Origin: Ostrea edulis
Taxonomy: Eukaryota
Assembly: GCF_947568905.1 (NCBI RefSeq)
Contig: NC_079168.1
Location: 54,250,001 to 54,314,000 of the forward strand
Reading direction: 5' to 3'
Length of the DNA stretch: 64,000 nt
Position numbers and translations under genes: made by a program. Positions 37,020-50,000 of the stretch are shown here, in pieces (position 1 is the stretch's first letter; each line of letters opens with the position of its first letter). The notes below the pieces were generated by a model that made no database searches, had not been told where the DNA came from, and was given only the letters and a program-made list of their open reading frames with translations.

Positions 37020-38850
37020 AAGTTCTGTCTTTCCCTGATTTAGCTTGAGTGTTTTGTTTTGCATCCTGTGTCAATATCAGAAAGACACCGTTGAAGTATG
37101 TCTGCAATATACTGTCCCAGTTGTCATTCGGATTTATAATCGGCTATACCCGAGTGTCGTCCGCGTATGATAATACATGTTATTCCTCCCGCAAAGTTCT
37201 CCGATTGGTTTGGAGAACATGCATTATAGACGAATACAGAACCCTGTGGAACACTAAAGTAAAGTAGAAACTCTTGGGATATTGTAGACAACAATTTGTT
37301 TCGACCAAAGAGATAAGACTTAATCCATGACAGAGCTGATCCCATGATACCATACACTTGATCAGAATATTATGATCTATGACGTCGAATGCGGCTGAAA
37401 GATCAAGCATCACGAGTGCAACATAAATTCCCGTCCAATGCAGAGGACATACATAATGTACCATGGTGAACCTGTAATGGAGCCGTTTCTGTGGAGTGAC
37501 AATTGCGGTAGGCAGGGTCGTGAAACTCGTGAGCGTTCCTGAAGATGTTTTTCAAGTCGAGGTACTACTGCTTTTTCTAATATTTTAGATGAAACAAATA
37601 AGTTTGATACAGTCTGTAATTTTTTCATACATCCTTGTGAAGTCCTCGGGGCTTAATTAGTGGTCGTATTATAGCTTTTTTGAAATCCGATAGCACGTTC
37701 GATTCCAAGAAAAAATTGTTAACAATTTCAGTAACGGTCGGTAAGACATACTCCAAACATTGTATTAGAACTTTCATGGATATTGGGTCTTACTCGCAGG
37801 ACTTTGTTGGCGCACCAATGCTAATATCAAGTACCTCAGAAAGCGACACTGGCTCAAACACTGCCGAAGTGATACCATTAAATTTAATGCCAGCGCGAGG
37901 AACTTTCTGAATTTTTTTTTTATAAAGTATTCGCCAAATTTGGATGCAAGATCGAATTCATTATTATACACAGGTAAAACTAATACATTTGTATTTCCCA
38001 TGAGATTGTTTGTACGTTTCCAGTCGCTGCCTGAATTTTGTTAGTGTAGTACCGTGTTTTACAGTGTAGCAATAGTTTAGTAACCTGCATACACCTCTTC
38101 TTGAGTACGTCCTTGTGGACAATTTTGTTTGTCTCTTCATCCGTTCAGCCCTCTGACGGTCTCTCTTGGCAGAGGGAAGATCGTCCGTAAACCATGGGGT
38201 GTTTGGATGTAAAGTGATCTCCTTTGATTTTTGAGGTGCATGAAAATCGATGGTGGCTCATCGAAGATGATGCATGATGGTGGCTTGGAGTACAAAAGTT
38301 TAACACAGTAAAATTTTAAGGGATGTATTTTCGTTTATAAAACTTAAAAGGTTCAGATCGTTCACAGGGGCTTCTTATCCATATTGTTCTCTATCTAGTT
38401 CCCCTGTGGATCGTTTTTGAATATGATGGTGTCAATGCCATATAGTTTCCGGAAAATCACGGTTTTTCTCTCCGAGGTTTAGTGAGACGCAGCAAAGGAC
38501 GAATTGCAAGATGGTCCCCAATAATGTTGTCACATATACCAGAATCTGCCACTAACGGCGCTCCATGCAAAGCTGGGCTATTATTTCTGGTTATTAACAC
38601 ATCTCAAGTATGTCCATGAAGATATGTTGTATTGAAAACATGCTGCAATAACCCTAGTGCCTTTCAAATCTCGGTAAATGTTCTGACATCTCTGTCACTG
38701 GGATCATCAAGATGGAAATCGAGATCACCTGTGGTTAGTAACTCATCGGGAATTAACACGAGACTGTCTAGATATATTAACTTGAGTTTTACTTCGTGTC
38801 GATCTTTACAATTTATACAAATCATTTATGCAAGTTTCATGCATGTTTAG
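37020..38850 (-). mobile_element. Decayed CR1/L2-type LINE ORF2
   Basis: Endonuclease-like GDLDFHLDDP..LLQHV, LASKFGEYF, VSNLFVSSKILEKAV and RT motif LDLSAAFDVIDH in order, with frameshifts. Confidence 0.8.
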
Positions 38851-39254
38851 AAAGTAATGAAGAACTTTTAACCCTGTAATTATGGTTTCTTCTTTGTGTG
38901 CATGCTATGGTTGCACCTGGCAGTATGAGATACCCATTGCTGTGTGAAGAGTTTCGAAGACAATGTCCACATCATATCCGCACAAAACCTTACTCTGTTC
39001 CATTGAGAGTTTTGAATACGTTATTTGAAGAAACCAAAGCTAGACCCACACCTATGAAGCACGGAAGCTTGTGCTTCCATATTGTCGCGGTAAAAAATGA
39101 AATAATTACTTAATTTGACTATATTTTAATTACTACAAAATATATCCCCCAAAAAATATGGTATAAAAGTTAGTGTTGTATTATGTTTATCAATCTATTT
39201 AAAATCAAAGGCACACGGGGTAAAGCCGGACATCGTGTCATGCCCCCTTCTTTT

Positions 39255-39550
39255 AAAAAAAAATAAATTATCGTTTAGATTAACTATAATATTTTTTGAG
39301 ACGTTATTTACTCTAGTTATAACAACTAATGTGTTTCTGAACTCTGTCAAAGCTTTATTTAAAAGTACTAAAATTCGACTGTATCTTCTTTCATTTTAGA
39401 TACATCGATTTTAGTAGTTTTAATTAAGCTTTCACGGAATTCAAAAACACATCAAATTTAGTTGTTATAAAAAGAGTACAAAACGTCTCAAAATAAAAAA
39501 AAAAATTGCAATAAAACTAATGAATAATCGTTTGATTTTTTTGAATTGAA
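39255..39550. repeat. Degenerate palindrome of about 290 bp
   Basis: gagacgtt..ttataacaacta..aaagctt..ctaaaat mirrored around about 39390. Confidence 0.65.
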
Positions 39551-39570
39551 GGAAGTCCTTATCCTATGTG

Positions 39571-39662
39571 CACAGGCACTTGTTTCTGTAAATACCTTAC
39601 GACCTCTGTATACTAATAATTATACCGAGGTCGTAAGTTATTTACAGAAATAAGTGCCTGTG
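39571..39662. repeat. 92-bp hairpin
   Basis: 36-bp arms 39571-39606 and 39627-39662, 34/36 complementary. Confidence 0.85.
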
Positions 39663-41258
39663 GCTACGCCGCTGACTTGGATTTTAAATACAGAGAACCT
39701 TGGTCTTTCAATTGGCTACAGTCTACTTCACCTCTATTATGACTTCTGTCGAAGATTATGCCAGGTGGCGGGCTAAATATGAAAAACAAGAACTGGATAC
39801 TTTGTCAGAATGGATTAAAAGTGTAAGAGGAATATTAAAATTCCGCATTAGACACATCAAAGCAAAAGTACGTACTGCCTATCCTTCTGTGTTTAGTAAA
39901 CCAAAAGTGATCAAAGAATTAGATGGATTATATGTGGAATAGTTTCTAACAACATTGTCTTTGTTTGTAAGGCTCATTATTATAACTGTATTTTAAACGA
40001 ATTTGACATTAATTCTACGTTTGGTAATCGTACTAGTTTATATCACAAGATGGAATTCTTCAAAAGCATGCTTCAGTTTTAAACACATTTAATATCCCAG
40101 TCAATGGGACGGATGAATATGAGTTACCGTACCTATACTGGATTCCTAAAGTACATAAAAACCCTTAAAAAATACATTGCTGGTTCCAATTTAGATGTTC
40201 TACCAAACCCCTATCTTTGCTCCTAACAAAAATATCAACCGATGTGAAGGAGAAACGTCAAACGTATTGTGCCACAACATATGCCAGAAGTGGTATAAAT
40301 CAAATGTGGATACTAAAAAATTCTATAGAACTTCTACTGAATCCGAAAGCACACAAAATCAACAACAGCAAAACGTATGACTTTTCAACACTTTACACGA
40401 CCATTCTCTACGATAAATTCAAGACTAGACTTTTTGGAAAGTTGCTTCAACAAAAATAGAAAATGGAAATATTCATATTCAGAAGCTCTTATCCTTAGAC
40501 GAATTTGGCTTCACTTTTTGGCACGCTGTTTTTGGCTATATTTAGCTCTAAAACTTCATAGTTATTTCGGATTTCAAACATTTCGGTTGAGCATCACTGA
40601 AGAGACATTATTTGTCGAAATGCGCATCTGGTGCATCAAAATTGGTACCGTATAAGTTTTACATATAGTGATCAGCCATTCAAAAAATAACCTTGACAAA
40701 CACCACTCTGATTCTATGCACAAATACTATATGTTTGAAGTTGATATTAAGTACTAGTCTCTGTAAGAATCATGCAAAAATCGAAAAAAAAAGTGGCATT
40801 GTCATATCTGATGATTTACTTCAAAGGTGACTAAAAAGTAAACATTAGGTTGTCCTTTGATCATAAAATGCACTCAATGTCCACGGAGACAGTTATTTAC
40901 AAAAATATCAGGTTCTGTATATGTGTGCCATCTCCTATATATTCCTATGAAAACCGTCTAATTTCAGTTGATGATTAAAATATTTATCAGAAACTATGTA
41001 ATAAACAGAACCTAAAAGATGATAGAGTTAAAAGTGAAAATATGTTTACAAACTATTCGGATACTGGAGCTCCACATTGACTAATATCTTCGTAGTCTTT
41101 GGTGATCAGGTCTTCCCACAGTGGTGGAATTCCCATGGGCACAAATTATAACCCTTTGTTAACTGGCGTGTTTTTATATTCTTGTGAGGCAGAATTTATT
41201 CAAAAGCTTCTATATGAGAAAAAAAAAATATCTAGCTTTATCCATTAACAATAATTAT

Positions 41259-41587
41259 AGGTTATAGACTTTGTATGGGAAAATATGACGACCGAGTTTT
41301 TTGGCGCGTAGACGGATCGAGCTTGCGAGGTCCGTCCGCGACAAAAATCGAGGTCGTCATATTTCCCATACAAAGTCTATAACCTTTTTATTATATACTT
41401 TCAATTTCATTTAGAAACTAACAATAATTTTATTTTTAACAATAACTTTATCGGTTTAACTGAGTAAAAGATGAAAAACACGAAAAACTTGAAAATTAAC
41501 GGCGTAGAAATTTGATTGTGACGTAATGTTTGCGGGCCGCAAACTTTTATAGAAAAAAGAAGAGATGAAATTGAAAGTATATAATAA
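41259..41587. mobile_element. Element with two inverted-repeat modules, inserted in the Penelope-like RT
   Basis: Hairpin 41259-41385 (aggttatagactttgtatgggaaa arms); 23-bp inverted repeat 41388-41410 / 41565-41587. Confidence 0.6.
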
Positions 41588-42194
41588 TAAGTTTTATTCA
41601 TTTGTCCATTCTATATATTCCAGTAAAACCGATATAAGACACCACAACATCTGCTTCGAACTTAGATATTTTATCGATCATAGATGCTAACGGCAAAGTA
41701 ACAACTGGACTTTATGACAAACGGGATTATTTCAACTTCTCCATCGTCAACTTCCCATATTTATGTAGCAATATTACATTATTACCTACATATGGCGTTT
41801 ATGTCTCTCAACTGATTAGATACACAAGAGCTTGTTCTGCATTCATATGATCAGGTTTTAAATCGAGGCAGGTTACTGACAAACAAGTTGATGGTGCAGG
41901 AGTTTCAACAGTCTTGTTTAAAGTCGTCATTTCACAAATCCTATGGTCGTTATAACGATCTACCGGTAGCCTGCTAATACAACATGTCATTGGGTCAAAT
42001 GTTGTCTGACGTGTTTCATACCTATTGTTAGGCCATGTTTTATACACTGGTTTTGACTACGGATTGCTCCGTTTACCACTCATGGCGGGTGTGACCTGTT
42101 GCCAGGGGATGCTTGCTCCTCCTGGGTGCCTGACCCCACCTCTGGTATATCCAGGGGTCTATGGTTGTCCAATTCTAAATTTTGCATTCCTTAT

Positions 42195-42460
42195 GAGATT
42201 GATCTCATATAATGACATGACCACACCTTATAATAATATTACCACATCATATGACCTGACCACATCTGATAATGATATTACCACATCATATAATGACATG
42301 ACCACACCTTATAATATTACCACATCATATAATGACAGTATCACATTACATAGCAACATGACCACATCATATAATGGCAGTATCACATCATAATATAATG
42401 ATATTATCACATCATATAAAGATACGACCACATCATGTAATGGTATTACCGCATCATATA
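42195..42460. repeat. Degenerate minisatellite of about 20 bp (atataatgacatgaccacatc)
   Basis: Tandem ataat..accacatc units; related remnants at 42740-42860. Confidence 0.7.
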
Positions 42461-42869
42461 TATCTATCATTGGGTCAAATGCTGTCTGACGTGTTTCATA
42501 CCGATTGCTAGGCCGTTCATGGTACACTGATTTTGACTACGGATAAATCCGCTTACCTGAATAAGATATAGGGCTCACGACAGGCGTGACCGGTCGACAG
42601 GGCATGTTTACTGCTCCTAGGCACCTGATCCCACTTCTGGCATATCCAGGGGTCCGTGTTTGTCTACTTCTCTATTTTGTATTGCTTATAGGAATTATGA
42701 GATTGATCATTGTTCGTTATCTTCACCTTTCATAATGCTCTTAATATATCATATCATGGCTGTACCACATCGTTTAATGATATCACTACATCACATGATA
42801 AAGATACCACACCATGTAACGAGAGTACCACATCAAGTAAAGGCTGTGCCATATCATAAACAGATTGAC

Positions 42870-43600
42870 GTCGAGGCAGCTGTGACATTCTATATGAAGT
42901 ACCACAGACCTATGCTTAGCGCTCAGGGACGTAGCAGGAGGGTTCTTGTGCCAACGCCTGTCGCGACAAAGGACATCCATTTTTAATGCAATATCTGAAA
43001 GACTCGTGATTCTCATTTCTAAATGCTGAGCGTTTGGTGAAGGTGCAATCGCTACCGTATACATGTATACTCGCCTATAAGTTGGTTGTATAGTTTTTAG
43101 GTTACTTTGGAGAGAATTGCCATTGACCCATTTATAAGTCGGTCCAACTTTTTTTCAAGTATCGGTTGACAATTTCAAATCAATGCTCTGATGTTTTTAC
43201 CCGTGTTTCAAATAATATTTTGAAAAATGCGCTGATATTTTTTCCCAACAAATCAATTTCATATCAATACTCTTGTGTATTTATCCGTGTTCCAATAATG
43301 TTTTGGGATATGACATCGATATTTCCCTTTTTATTCTCAACAAATTAAACAGTTAATATTTTGTTTATTTCATCCATATTCTTGTTGTTTAAGAAATACT
43401 AGGCTATACATTACGCCATCCAGAAAAATACTAATCTTCTTAGGTCACTCCTATAAGTCGGACATAAGAGTTTTGAACCAAGATTTAATTCCCAAAAAAT
43501 CCGACTTATAGGCGAGTATACACCGTACCATAGTTTGACGTGGCCATGGCACAAGTGGGGCTTGAACTCATTACCTTACGAAGTGAAGGTGTTTATAATT
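42870..43600 (-). mobile_element. tRNA-derived SINE interrupted by the 43053-43527 MITE
   Basis: B-box-like GAGTTCAAGCCCC on the minus strand near 43555; body continues on the other side of the MITE at cgc-TA-ccatag. Confidence 0.55.
43053..43527. mobile_element. TA-flanked MITE, uninterrupted copy
   Basis: TA-CCGTATAC..TACTCGCCTATAAG ... CTTATAGGCGAGTATACACCG-TA. Confidence 0.8.
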
Positions 43601-43624
43601 TACATTCCAGTTCTATCAACTTAT

Positions 43625-43890
43625 TATTCCATGGGGATCTGGGTTAGAATTTGTCTTCAGTACTACTTGTTCGTCATAAGAGGCGACTAAATGGGGTGGC
43701 TCTTCGGATGAGACCGTAAAAACTAAGATCCCGTGTTACAGCAGGTGTTGCATGATAAAGATCCCTCTCTGCTCAAAGGCCGAAAGCGCCTAGCATAGTC
43801 CTAACTTTTACAGCCCTTCATCGGCAATGGCGACATCTCCACATGAATGAAAGATTCTCGAGAGGGACGTTAAACAATATTCAGTCAATG
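43625..43890 (+). mobile_element. 5'-truncated SINE with Meta- and Deu/Nin-like central domains
   Basis: gtcataagaggcgactaaa, gatcccgtgttacagcaggtgttgcatgataaagatccc and gggacgttaaacaat tail, as recalled for bivalve SINEs. Confidence 0.5.
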
Positions 43891-46673
43891 ATCATTGTAA
43901 ATCAAACTCAATCCAGAGGGTTCTCTGTTGACCAAGGTGTACAACAAGGTGGTGTTTTATCAACATACTTATACCTTGTTTACATTTATTATCTTATTGA
44001 TGAATTTGAGCTAAATAGTCCTAACACACATGTCCTGAACTTTATTGGCAGCTGTCTTTTACTGTCTGTATTTTGCAACAAATCACTGGTGCGCTAAAAT
44101 CAATTTGCCCCAATGTTTGGCACTTGTATTTGCGCTAAAATATTTACAATTGCCAATTTTTTTTCGTTGTATAGTACTATTTGCAGCATGCAAAAATTAC
44201 CTTATCTATAAAGTAGGTGGTTGTGTAATTTGTCCCTGTACCATTCATACTTTACCAGGTTACAGTGAACTAGTACTAGGGATATTAAACTATAGGCCCA
44301 CAGGTCTGAACGGTCACCAGAGTACCATAGACCTGTCAGGGAGTATCATATTTGTATTAAGTCTCATTCTGGAGTCTTTGTGCACAGCTTTATGATCTTT
44401 CTAAATATGCATACAATTTTGAAGCATTTAAACCAGCCATTATTCACTCCCCCCCCCCCCCCCTCTGAATCATATCTGTAATTTGAGTAGACAGTTGTAT
44501 CCACCTCTCTAAATGTGTATTCGTCTTTCATTCAACACCAGAAGAACAAAAGAAGCATTTTATTCCCTATGACCATTTGGGCTCCCCCCCCCTCCCCCTG
44601 CCCAAGGGTCATGGAATTTCCAATTTATTAAATAAGTAGAAAGCTACAACATACTTACAGTTTATTGATACAAACCTACAATGCACAATGAATTAAAATA
44701 TATTTTCTAAAACAGAACATATCTTTACTGTAATATGGCCAAGTTATCCCCCCCCCCCCCCCAAGTCTCAATTTAACTGACCTGACCATTAAGGTCATAG
44801 ATATTTTCATTCTCATTATTCACAAAAATAATTGTCACAATACATAAGATTAAAGGAGATGATTAAGGCTTCAAGGACAATTCATCACCATCCATTCAGT
44901 TTATCTTTCACTACTGTGGAAGTAAAGAAAAGATTTTTTTCTAAGATTTAATGCATTTTAACTGTATATGGCCATATTGGCCTAAACCTTTAACCCAATA
45001 ACCATGATTTTCACAATCTTTTGTAGAGGGCCTCATGGATGCCATTACAATGCATTTAGTTTTTCTAATGCATAATCATGTGGGAGGAGGACAGATTTTA
45101 TAAGATCTAATTAGGACATCTCACTAAATGGCCATATTGGCACCACCCTAGGGTGTGAATCCCTGACCCAGAGGTTATGAATTAACAAATTAGGTACAGA
45201 GCTTCATAGACATCATATTTTTTCTGTGCATTTAGTTTTTCTCACACATGTCTGAGAGTAGAGAAGATTTTTTAAAGATTTAATACATTTTCACTAGAGA
45301 GCCATATTGGCCCCACCTCTGGGCCCACCTCCCTAATCTACCTAGTATTCACATTATCTGTGTGGCGGTCAGAGAGGTTCAAACGCTGATGACAGATAGC
45401 TCAGCTTGTAAAGCTCTCGACTAGAGATTAAAGAGCCCAGATTAAAAAACAATTATATCTATCTTTGTGAAATCAATAAATGTTTGGTGACTGTAATTTG
45501 AAATTTTGGATAAGCTTCCATACATTTTGCATTCAAGCATTCGCAACCCAGCCCTCAGAACACCACGATATCATTCTAATGGCTGGTCTGCTGCCATGAT
45601 GATGATAACCAAGTCATTAAGGAATACAATATTCATTGAATCTAGTTTTTCTGTACTATGGGAATGTAAAAGTATTGGAATATTTGCACAGGTAATTTGT
45701 TGCATAATCAGCAAAGCTGATATAAAAAAATATTGTACAAAAACTTAAAATATTTGTTTGTATGTGTATACGCTTTAATGTCGAGCTGAGTGGTCACTTG
45801 AACATCATGCATGCACACTGTTTTATTGAGAAGTATAAAACTACAATGAAACGGCCATGGTTTATCGCTCATAAAACATCAGTGAATATAAATATTTGTT
45901 AATAAAAACCTCAAATTAGCCTTGTTCCATGTTTTATCTTCAAAATATACATATACAATATACCAAATGCAAAATCTCTGATTCTTTGATTAGTATTTCA
46001 GGAATCTAACAAAAAATATTTTAATAGAAAAAATCTATAAAAAGAAACGAATCAAAAGTTCTCTGGAGGAAACATGGCTTTTGCAATTTCAGTGATTTTT
46101 ACGATACTAAAATTTGAATTAATTTGTAGTTGTTGGGTGGAATCATGTACATTTTCTGAGATTAATTTTTGATATGAAATACATATAAATTACAACAATA
46201 TTCAAAATATAAATAATTAATGCACCAATGACGCTAAAATATCACATCTGATTCTGATATAGGAGCTTAATAGCTAGAACATTGTAATAAAATGTTATAT
46301 TTGTACAATAAGTACAACTATGTGGGAAAAGTTCATAATGCAGAGCATTTCAAAACATTTTGGGGGGTGCGGGTGTATACATACAAATACATAGTCCAAA
46401 ATCTCAAGATTTTTTAAAGAATTTATCTAACATGACTAAATCATTACCTTTTTTATTTCAAGGTTTTTTCTGGATATAGGGGGTGCATATACTAGTAGAA
46501 TATCACAATTTCATAAAGAAGTTTATTTTAAGAATCTATCTATTTCAGGATTGGGGGGGGGTGGGGGGGGTGGGGGGTGGGGGGGGAGGGGAGGTGCATA
46601 CAAATAACTATCAAAATTTCATGCAACAGGATGTTTTTTCTGAAGAACATATCTATCATATATGACACAATCA

Positions 46674-47069
46674 TCAGTTTTCAATTTCTAATTTTGATAT
46701 TGTAGATCCATCACTATTGGTTCTACCACTATTGGATCTACCACTATTGGATACACCACTATTGGATCCACCACTGTTTCTGAATGTGCGGAATGCAGTG
46801 TCAGCTGGTGGAATGGCCTCATAGTTTTCATTTACAAAACAGTCCATTGATTCATCCACTTTATCGCCTTGTACATTTTGTAAGATCATATCCACGCTCT
46901 CCGACTTGTTCATGTATTCTGCGGATGTGATACAGTGAGTCTGGGTCTTTGGGACGACTTTCATCCTCCAGATGACAATAGCTATAATCATGATCAGTAA
47001 AGCTGTCCCGACCAGAGACACACCTACTATCACCCCTGTTGGTAATGTCTCTTTTACTTTTGTTATCAC
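46674..47069 (-). CDS. PKHD1L1: PKHD1L1-like terminal exon M (TM + cytoplasmic tail)
   Basis: gtgcag|GTG; hydrophobic GVIVGVSLVGTALLIMIIAIVIW, then 97 aa to TGA. Confidence 0.82.
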   Translation of the reverse strand: MITKVKETLPTGVIVGVSLVGTALLIMIIAIVIWRMKVVPKTQTHCITSAEYMNKSESVDMILQNVQGDKVDESMDCFVNENYEAIPPADTAFRTFRNSGGSNSGVSNSGRSNSGRTNSDGSTISKLEIEN

Positions 47070-50000
47070 CTGCACAAAATAAATATACTGGTATGCATAC
47101 AGGTGTGAAAATACATATATATGAACTGTTGATGAAACTCAAAACCTATATTTGTGTATTCTTGTACTGAGACTTCATTAGACAGATCATACAGATACAC
47201 ACATACTACTACGGCAACAATACAGATACTGTTGGCCAAGTTTTTATAACTATTTTCCTTTGTGCAGAAAAAAAAACCCATTTATGACTAGGCCCTACAT
47301 GTATTAACATTTGTGACCAACTACACGTAGTGCACACACATCAAAATCATGCCAGGTAATTGTATCCACATAATTACACCCAACGGTTTCTTTAAACACT
47401 GCATACACTGGTCTGTGCAATGTTTTGTTTTCATTACCTCAAAAGCACATCTTGATCCATAGTAATTCTCTCCATTCACTGACAGGTAATTAGACAGTCT
47501 CAGAGTGGTTCCTCGGAAGTTAAAGTTGGTTCCATTCTCCACGGCTGTACACAGGGAACTTACTGTGGAGTTCAACAAGGTCGAAGTACCAGTGACCTTG
47601 AAGGTGACCAAGATACTACCTACAAAATACAAAGTGACTGGTCAGCACTGCAAACTTTTAATAAAATTTTCCTTTCTTTATAGAATTATTTTTGAAATAT
47701 AGTGACTGGGATATATTCTCTTTTCAGTTAACTTTTGCAAGTCGGAAATGTACGTCAAACAGTGAGACTGGACAAATAATTTAACAAAGTATTGTCTATG
47801 AAAAAATATAAATGTATAAACCATAAAAATGACTCACCCTTTGCAATTCTAACTGAATTGAGAATAATATCCGGATAGAGATTGGACAGGTAGTTGCCCA
47901 TCATAGCCTGGAAGTGAAGTAGGTATCTAGAACCAACAATTGTATCATAATTAGCATCAAATCTCAATTGTATGTCCTGTGTGCCGTTTCTGAAGAACTG
48001 GATCCTCTGCAGTGGGTGGACTTGAATCAAGGTCTCGATCTCCAGTGAATATTCAGGAGGGTCCGAGGTTACAGTTATTTTCATGACCACCATGCCCCGT
48101 ACACTGAAACTGAAGTTGGACAAAGTGGCCAAACCGCTGTTGTCATCAAATGTTGTGGTAGTGTTTCCATTCAACTGCCCTCGGTAATAATCCATACCAC
48201 CTAATGCCACATTCACAATCCATTTATGATTCTGTAGAAAAATAACATCAGACTTAAGAATTAGTTTGGAGATATATAGTGATAGTTATATTGTATTGAA
48301 TAGTGTATGTTGAAACGCTGCATCAGTTTAGATTGCACTAAATATGCTGAAATACAACAAAGAGAGATCCTGAGAGCTCCAGTTGATATAAAGCACAACA
48401 TAGAGAGATGCTGACAGTGCTAGTTCACATAAAGCACAACAAAAAGAAACATTCACAGTGCTAAAACATAACAGTGAGACACTAAGACTGCTAGTTTACA
48501 TACAGCACAACATACAGAGACACTGGCAACACTAGTTCACTCAAAGCATACCATAGAGAAAGGCATACAGTGCTAATTTACATACATCACAACACAGGGA
48601 GACACTGACGGTGTTAAATCACATACATCACAGAGAGACACTGACAGTGCTAAATCACATACAACACAGAGAGACACTGACAGTGCTAAATCACATACAA
48701 CACAGAGAGACACTGACAGTGCTAAATCACATACAACACAGAGAGACACTGACAGTGCTAAATCACATACAACACAGAGAGACACTAACAGTGTTAAATC
48801 ACATACATCACAGAGAGACACTGACAGTGCTAAATCACATACAACACAACACAGAGAGACACTGACAGTGCTAAATCACATACAACACAGAGAGACACTG
48901 ACAGTGTTAAATCACATACAACACAGAGAGACACTGAGACACTGACAGTGTTAAATCACATACAACACAGAGAGACACTGACAGTGCTAAATCACATACA
49001 ACACAGAGAGACACTGACAGTGCTAAATCACATACAACACAACACAGAGAGACACTGACAGTGCTAAATCACATACAACACAGAGAGACACTGACAGTGC
49101 TAAATCACATACAACACAGAGAGACACTAACAGTGCTAAATCACATACATCACAGAGAGACACTGACAGTGCTAAATCACATACAACACAGAGAGACACT
49201 GACAGTGTTAAATCACATACAACACAGAGAGACACTGACAGTGCTAAATCACATACATCACAGAGAGACACTGACAGTGCTAAATCACATACATCACAAC
49301 ACAGAGAGACACTGACAGTGTTAAATCACATACAACACAGAGAGACACTGACAGTGTTAAATCACATACAACACAGAGAGACACTGACAGTGCTAAATCA
49401 CATACAACACAGAGAGACACTGACAGTGCCAAATCACATACAACACAGAGAGACACTGACAGTGCTAAATCACATACATCACAGAGAGACACTGACAGTG
49501 TTAAATCACATACATCACAACACAGAGAGACACTGACAGTGTTAAATCACATACAACACAGAGAGACACTGACAGTGCTAAATCACATACATCACAACAC
49601 AGAGAGACACTAACAGTGCTAAATCACATACAACACAGAGAGACACTGACAGTGCTAAATCACATACAACACAGAGAGACACTGACAGTGCTAAATCACA
49701 TACAACACAGAGAGACACTGACAGTGTTAAATCACATACATCACAACACAGAGAGACACTGACAGTGTTAAATCACATACAACACAGAGAGACACTGACA
49801 GTGCTAAATCACATACAACACAGAGAGACACTGACAGTGCTAAATCACATACATCGCAGAGAGACACTGACAGTGCTAAATCACATACAACACAGAGAGA
49901 CACTAACAGTGCTAAATCACATACAACACAGAGAGACACTGACAGTGCTAAATCACATACAACACAGAGAGACACTGACAGTGCTAAATCACATACATCA

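Larger units (their letters stand above)
39690..42731 (+). mobile_element. Decayed Penelope-like retroelement RT region with duplicated 3' end
   Basis: LYWIPKVHK, YDFSTLYTTI, GIPMGTN, LYDKR..FNFSIVNFPYLCSN, SQLIRY motifs in order; the 3' segment occurs twice (about 41990-42200 and 42465-42731). Confidence 0.7.

Noticed and set aside
43843-44097. ORF containing QGVQQGGVLSTYLY (RT-like)
   Set aside because: Only a LINE RT scrap of about 100 bp fused to a SINE tail; too short to call as a separate element.
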